A stretch of DNA of 64,000 nt, taken from NCBI GenBank assembly GCA_963765675.1, contig CAVXXK010000001.1, forward strand, positions 2,112,001 to 2,176,000, read 5' to 3'. This DNA comes from an uncultured delta proteobacterium (lineage in GTDB: Bacteria; Desulfobacterota; Binatia; Binatales; Binataceae). Both the position numbers and the translations under genes were made by a program. The notes beneath the pieces were generated by a model, which did no database searches, was not told the DNA's origin, and saw only the letters and a list, made by a program, of their open reading frames with translations. Below, in pieces: positions 59,058-64,000 of this stretch (positions are counted from its first letter, which is position 1; every line of letters starts with the position of its first letter).

Positions 59058-60092
59058 ATGCTCAAGACCGCGATAGTGACCGACCGATTGTATCTGAAAC
59101 ACTTCGCCGGACGGTCGCATCCTGAACGCCCCGCGCGGATAGAGGCGATGATCGAGATGGCGGAGTCGCTCGACCGCCCGAATCTCCGGATGCTTACGCC
59201 GCGGCCAGCGACGCTCGAGGAGATCGCGCTCTGCCATGACGCGGACTATATCGCGTCGGTCGAGCGCACCGCGTCGGTCCCGCGCTTTGATTTCGATCCC
59301 GATACGCACACCTGCGCCGATACCTACCGGACCGCGCTGCTTGCCGTCGGCGGCGTGCTGACGGCGGCCGAGGCGGTGATCGACGGCGCGGCCGACAACG
59401 CGTTCGCGCTCGTGCGGCCTCCGGGGCATCATGCGCTCCCTGCACGCGCGATGGGCTTCTGCTTCTTCAATAACGTCGCAATTACTGCGCGGTGGTTGCT
59501 CGAGAAGCATGGACTCGAGCGCGTGATGATCGTCGATTGGGATCTGCATCACGGCAACGGCACCCAGGAAATCTTTTACGAGTCGGCGCAGGTGCTCTAC
59601 GCCTCGACGCATCAGTATCCGCACTATCCGGGCACCGGATCGCTCCACGAAATGGGCGCGGGCGAGGGCGCGGGATTCACCGTGAACGCCCCGATGCCGG
59701 CGGAGTATGGCGACGCCGAATATCTGCGCTTCTTCGACGAGTTCATTTTGCCGATCGGGCGCAAGTTCCAGCCGCAATTTATAATTGTGTCGTGCGGTTT
59801 CGATTGCCACTTCCGCGACCCGCTCGGCGAAATGCGCGTGACCGAAGACGGGTTCGTTGCGATGACCCGGCGCGTCAAGGAGCTCGCGGCCGAATGCTGC
59901 GGCGGCAGGATGATCGCGGCGCTCGAAGGTGGCTACGATATCGAAGCGATCGTCGATTCCGGACGCGCGGTGATAGAGGAGCTTGGGCGCGAAGCCGACG
60001 AGCCGATCACAAAAGCGCGTGGCGGCGACCGGGTGATGCCGATAATCGAGCGCGCCGCGCACGGCGTCGGCAAATTCTGGAACCTCGGCTGA
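59058..60092 (+). CDS. Histone deacetylase family protein
   Basis: HPERPAR, RPPGHHA, GFCFFNN, DWDLHHGNGTQ, LEGGY. Confidence 0.95.
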   Translation: MLKTAIVTDRLYLKHFAGRSHPERPARIEAMIEMAESLDRPNLRMLTPRPATLEEIALCHDADYIASVERTASVPRFDFDPDTHTCADTYRTALLAVGGVLTAAEAVIDGAADNAFALVRPPGHHALPARAMGFCFFNNVAITARWLLEKHGLERVMIVDWDLHHGNGTQEIFYESAQVLYASTHQYPHYPGTGSLHEMGAGEGAGFTVNAPMPAEYGDAEYLRFFDEFILPIGRKFQPQFIIVSCGFDCHFRDPLGEMRVTEDGFVAMTRRVKELAAECCGGRMIAALEGGYDIEAIVDSGRAVIEELGREADEPITKARGGDRVMPIIERAAHGVGKFWNLG

Positions 60093-60122
60093 TCGAATCG
60101 CAGGAAAGAAGGGGAGGGGCTG

Positions 60123-61511
60123 GTGGCGGCAGGAGCCAAGCGTACGAACAAACAGCCGCGCCTGGTCGCGATCGGAGGCGGCACTGGCGCGCGCGAGTTG
60201 CCGCTGGTCAGACGCAAGACCACCATCGGCAGCGCGATCGGCAACTATTTCGTACTGGCCGAAAAGACCGTCTCACGCCGTCACGCGGTAATTCGCCGCC
60301 GGCTCCGCGGCTACGATCTGATCGATCTCGAATCGACCAACGGCACGTACCTCAACGGCAAGCGCGTGACGAACCCCACGAGGCTCAAGCGCGGCGACGA
60401 GATCGGTTTCGGTCAGGCGCGCTACGTTTTCATGCCCGGTCCGGCCGCGCGCGGACCGGGCCTGCGCGTCGCGATTCCGCTGATGCTCCTGCTTTTTCTT
60501 GCCGCCTTTTCGCTGACCCGCAGGTGGCTTCAGCGCGAAGCTCGCGAGATGCTGGTCGAATCGCCCGCGGCGAAAGAATCCGTCGCGCCCGCGGCAAGCG
60601 CTACGCTCGCGTCATCGGGATTGTCTTCGGAATCGTTACCGACTTCCATCCCGACGCCGTCGGGTCCGCAACCTGAATGGCTCAAGCGGCTCAACGCGTA
60701 TCGCGCGATGGCCAAAGTCGCGCCGGTTGCGGAAGATCCGACGCTCAGCGCGGGCGACAGCGCGCATGTAAAGTACCTGGTCGAAAATCTTGGTCCGGCG
60801 CTGCGCGCGGGCGCTAATCCGGGAATCGATTCGCATCTCGAAAGCGCGGACAAACCCGGCTACTCGGCGGTGGGAGCGCGCGCCGGCGAATCCAGCGACG
60901 TCGATTTCATCGCGTTCGGCGGCATGAAGGTCAAAGATCCCGCAGGATGGGCGCTGGTCGATTGGATAAGCGGCGCGTTTCATCGCCTGCCGCTCTTGAG
61001 TCCGCGTCTGCGCCGCGTCGGCTTCAATCAAGTATGCGATAGGGGGCTGTGCGTCGCCGCGCTCGACGCACAAAGCGGCGTCGCGCCGAGCGCGCCGGGG
61101 ACAGCCTACGCGGCGCCGATCGAGTTCCCCGCCGATGGCGCGACAATCAATCTGCGGACCTTCACCAACGAATGGCCCGATCCTCTGAGCGCGTGCGCTG
61201 GCTACAAAGCACCGACCGGGCTGCCGATCACGCTCGCGACCGGATACCAGATCCGCACCAGCCTCGACGCGTATTCCTTCGAGCGAATCTCCTCTGACGG
61301 CGCCGCATCGAAGCTCGACGCCTGCGGCTTCGACTCCTCGACTTACACCAACCTCGACCCAACCACGCAGAAAACCGCCCGCGAAGTCCTGCTCGCTCAC
61401 GGCACGGTAGTGGTAATCCCGCAAGTCCCCCTGACAGCGGGCGCAACCTATCGCGTATCAATCACCGCAAGCGGCACGCAGTATCGATGGACATTTTCTG
61501 TCGCGAGATGA
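60123..61511 (+). CDS. FHA-TM-CAP-Ig-like domain protein 1
   Basis: FHA (VSRRHA, STNGTYLNG), TM helix, CAP (LNAYRAMA, WISGAFHRLPLL), C-terminal PL..GATYRVSIT..WTFS. Confidence 0.82.
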   Translation: MAAGAKRTNKQPRLVAIGGGTGARELPLVRRKTTIGSAIGNYFVLAEKTVSRRHAVIRRRLRGYDLIDLESTNGTYLNGKRVTNPTRLKRGDEIGFGQARYVFMPGPAARGPGLRVAIPLMLLLFLAAFSLTRRWLQREAREMLVESPAAKESVAPAASATLASSGLSSESLPTSIPTPSGPQPEWLKRLNAYRAMAKVAPVAEDPTLSAGDSAHVKYLVENLGPALRAGANPGIDSHLESADKPGYSAVGARAGESSDVDFIAFGGMKVKDPAGWALVDWISGAFHRLPLLSPRLRRVGFNQVCDRGLCVAALDAQSGVAPSAPGTAYAAPIEFPADGATINLRTFTNEWPDPLSACAGYKAPTGLPITLATGYQIRTSLDAYSFERISSDGAASKLDACGFDSSTYTNLDPTTQKTAREVLLAHGTVVVIPQVPLTAGATYRVSITASGTQYRWTFSVAR

Positions 61512-61534
61512 ATATCCGACAGCCTAGAGGATTA

Positions 61535-63169
61535 ATGGCAAAGGGGGAACGAATAGAGCCAGCGCGCCGAGCGAGACTCGTCGCGGTCGGTTCTCGGCGA
61601 GCGCGTGAGTATCCGCTCGATGCGCCAGTCGTCAGCATTGGGAGCGCTACGACCAATTCGATCGTGCTCGAAGGGCCGCAGGTTGCCGGGCATCATGCCG
61701 AAATTCGCACGCCGCGTGGCAAAAGTATTGTTCGTGATCTTGGTTCCCCATCCGGCACGCTGCTCAACGGTGACCGCGTCAACACGCCCGTCCAGCTTGA
61801 GGACGGCGACGAAATTCAGATCGGTGCGCATCGCCTTCGATTCGAGGAAGGTGCTCCGCGGCGTGGCCGAACGAGGGTACGAGCGATCGCACTGGCCCTC
61901 GGTCTTGTTGCTGCAGGGTTTGCTACGTACGTATTCGTCTCGAATTGGACGATGATCGAGCAGGCGTCCGATTATGTTGAGCGACCAACGCCAACTCCGC
62001 TGTCGATCGCACTTTACGCAGCACCAACGGCGACGCCCGTTCCGACCACTACACGCACGAGCACTCCCTCGCCCGCTGCTTCCACCTCGCGCAGCGCGAT
62101 GGCTTCGCCAGGTGTGACAGTGTCGCCGGTACCCTTAGGCGTTTCCGCCAGTCGAACAACGCCACACGCGCGCCGCACACCTGCGTCCGAGCGACGGGCT
62201 TCGTCCAAAGCGGTTTTGGTTACGCGTTCCGCGCCTTCTGCGGAGCCTCCGAACGAGTCGGCGGAAAACCTATCGTCAACTATCGCGGCAGCGCGGCCGA
62301 AGCCGGTTTCTATTCACCCTACCGCAGCTCCCGGCTGGCTCGGAGCATTGAACGCCTATCGCGCCATGGTGCATCTCGATCCTGTGATAGCCGATCCCAA
62401 GCTGGGAGCCGGCGATTTAGCACACGCGAAATATTTGGTCAGGAGTTTTGGCGCACAAATCGCGAAGGGTAAGAGCCCCGGCGCAGAAATGCACAACGAA
62501 AATCCAGCCAGTCCGTATTATACCGCGGAAGGGCTCGAGGCGGCTCACCAGGGCGATGTCGATAGCGTGATCGAATATCCAGGTCATCGCATCCTGCCGT
62601 CGTGGGCCATCGATTCGTGGATGGCTGGGCCGTTCCACCGCGCCAATATCTTGAATCCGGACCTGCAACGGGTGGGATACGGCGAGAGCTGTGAGCGGAA
62701 CGTCTGCGTATCAGTGCTCAATACAATTGGGGGAATCGATCCTATTCCGCCGTCGGGGACAATCTATGGCCAGCCCGTTGAGTTCCCGGCGCCCGCGTCG
62801 ACCACCAACCTAGATGCCCTGATCGGCGAATGGCCCAGCCCGCTTTCGGTGTGTCCGGGCTATTCGTTTCCTGCAGGGAGTCCCATCACCGTGCAGATTG
62901 GCTACTACGCCGACGCGAGGCTTGGAGGCTACTCGCTCGTCATAACGAGCGGGCACTCGGCCGGAGCTGCCCAGGACGTTTGCGGATTCGATGCGGTCAG
63001 CTACACAAATCCTGAACGCACGGAGCAGGATCTTGTGCGCTCGATACTCCACGGATTCGGTGAGGTCGTGATTGTGCCGCGAAGGCCGCTGCAACGCGCG
63101 ACGAGTTATCGGGTAACGATCACGATCAACGGCAAGCGCTACACTTGGTCGTTCTCTACCGCGCCCTAA
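61535..63169 (+). CDS. FHA-TM-CAP-Ig-like domain protein 2
   Basis: Degenerate FHA (VAGHHA, SPSGTLLNG), TM helix, long P/T/S linker, CAP (LNAYRAMV, WMAGPFHRANILNP), same C-terminal domain as protein 1. Confidence 0.82.
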   Translation: MAKGERIEPARRARLVAVGSRRAREYPLDAPVVSIGSATTNSIVLEGPQVAGHHAEIRTPRGKSIVRDLGSPSGTLLNGDRVNTPVQLEDGDEIQIGAHRLRFEEGAPRRGRTRVRAIALALGLVAAGFATYVFVSNWTMIEQASDYVERPTPTPLSIALYAAPTATPVPTTTRTSTPSPAASTSRSAMASPGVTVSPVPLGVSASRTTPHARRTPASERRASSKAVLVTRSAPSAEPPNESAENLSSTIAAARPKPVSIHPTAAPGWLGALNAYRAMVHLDPVIADPKLGAGDLAHAKYLVRSFGAQIAKGKSPGAEMHNENPASPYYTAEGLEAAHQGDVDSVIEYPGHRILPSWAIDSWMAGPFHRANILNPDLQRVGYGESCERNVCVSVLNTIGGIDPIPPSGTIYGQPVEFPAPASTTNLDALIGEWPSPLSVCPGYSFPAGSPITVQIGYYADARLGGYSLVITSGHSAGAAQDVCGFDAVSYTNPERTEQDLVRSILHGFGEVVIVPRRPLQRATSYRVTITINGKRYTWSFSTAP

Positions 63170-63188
63170 CATCTGCGATGCACGATCG

Positions 63189-63263
63189 CGGGCGGCTCGC
63201 GAGCGGCCCCTACGAAGAGTCAAACAGGGGCAATGCTCGTAGGGGCGCGTCGGGACGCGCCCG
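63189..63263. repeat. GTAG-type REP doublet between convergent genes
   Basis: CGGGCGGCTCGCGAGCGGCCCCTACGA / TCGTAGGGGCGCGTCGGGACGCGCCCG. Confidence 0.78.
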
Positions 63264-63299
63264 TTTGCGCATGCCACTCAGCTTCGCGTGCGGCCGCGA

Positions 63300-64000
63300 T
63301 CAGAAATCGAGCGCGATTACTGTTGCGATTGGATCGAGCAGGTGCTCGGGGACGTCGATTATCAATTCGCCTACCGGGTCTTTGTTGAATACCGCGTCCA
63401 TCGCGGCTATTCGGCGATGAAGCTTGAGCTTCTCCGTAGAGCCTAGCACTGTCGCGCTCGTCACCTGCCTGACGTGCAGCCCGCGCACCGAGACTGCCTC
63501 GTACGGGCGCATCACGCAGTGCAGGTAGACGCGACTGCCGCGCCGCGTCGAGGGTCCGTAGAACTGCCACGGCTCGAGGCCCGGCGTCGTCCCCGCGATA
63601 CTCTCGCCGTTGCGCTCGTTCCATCGGGCGAAGGCTTCGAGCCGCTCGACATGCTCGGGCGGCAGCGTGCCGTCGCCGGTCGGGCTGACGTTGAGCAGAA
63701 GATTTCCGCCTTTGCCCGCGACCTCTTCGAGCGTGTGGACGAGATTGCGCGCCGATTTGTAATGGCGATCGCCCGGGTTGTAGCCCCAGCTATTGTTCAT
63801 CGTCATGCAGGTTTCCCACGCGCGCGCGGGTGCTGCGGCGGGAACGGCTTGCTCTGGAGAGTCGTAGTCGCCGCATCCGGGCAGGCGATCGTTGATGACG
63901 ATTTCCGGCTGCAGCTCGCGGATCATCTTTTCGAGCTCGCGCGCTTTCCATTCCTCGGGCGAGCGCTCCCATCCGCCGTCGAACCACAGCAGATCGATCT
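63300..64000 (-). CDS. Alpha-L-fucosidase (GH29), 3' part
   Basis: WFDGGW, IRELQPEIVINDR, WETCMTMNNSWGY, GGNLLLNVSP. Confidence 0.9.
   Translation of the reverse strand, partial: IDLLWFDGGWERSPEEWKARELEKMIRELQPEIVINDRLPGCGDYDSPEQAVPAAAPARAWETCMTMNNSWGYNPGDRHYKSARNLVHTLEEVAGKGGNLLLNVSPTGDGTLPPEHVERLEAFARWNERNGESIAGTTPGLEPWQFYGPSTRRGSRVYLHCVMRPYEAVSVRGLHVRQVTSATVLGSTEKLKLHRRIAAMDAVFNKDPVGELIIDVPEHLLDPIATVIALDF

Noticed and set aside
1-64000. tRNA, rRNA, IS transposase or phage genes
   Set aside because: None recognised by eye in the intergenic regions or ORF track; a tRNAscan/Infernal run would confirm

Overview
High-GC, CpG-rich bacterial chromosomal segment, tentatively Candidatus Binatota-like (a recollection-based guess from gene content and one small protein family). 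Mostly housekeeping genes: lolC/E fragment, gspD, lpxL, moaA, rpmB, mutL-miaA-accA-pheA-hisC-tyrA-cmk-rpsA-ihfB, tatBC, plus metabolic and secreted proteins. No rRNA, tRNA or CRISPR array was seen. Several genes (pheA, cmk, ihfB, an LLM oxidoreductase, two ArsA-like ATPases) carry small frameshifts that look like assembly errors. The most interesting signals are non-coding. (1) A complete promoter-leader peptide-antiterminator-terminator attenuator sits upstream of a RIO-family kinase. (2) A GTCAT-type repeat family includes four units with conserved arms around an insert of exactly 49 nt whose sequence varies, and a small GIY-YIG nuclease gene is bracketed by 45-bp inverted repeats of the same type. 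(3) A 1.55-kb integrase-less islet is flanked by an exact 19-bp duplication of the moaA 3' end. (4) A 0.4-0.6 kb AT-rich element occurs twice, in inverted orientation, each copy beside a mosaic of REP-like repeats. (5) A candidate HxlR operator occurs twice. (6) Two tandem FHA-TM-CAP-Ig membrane proteins lie near the right end.
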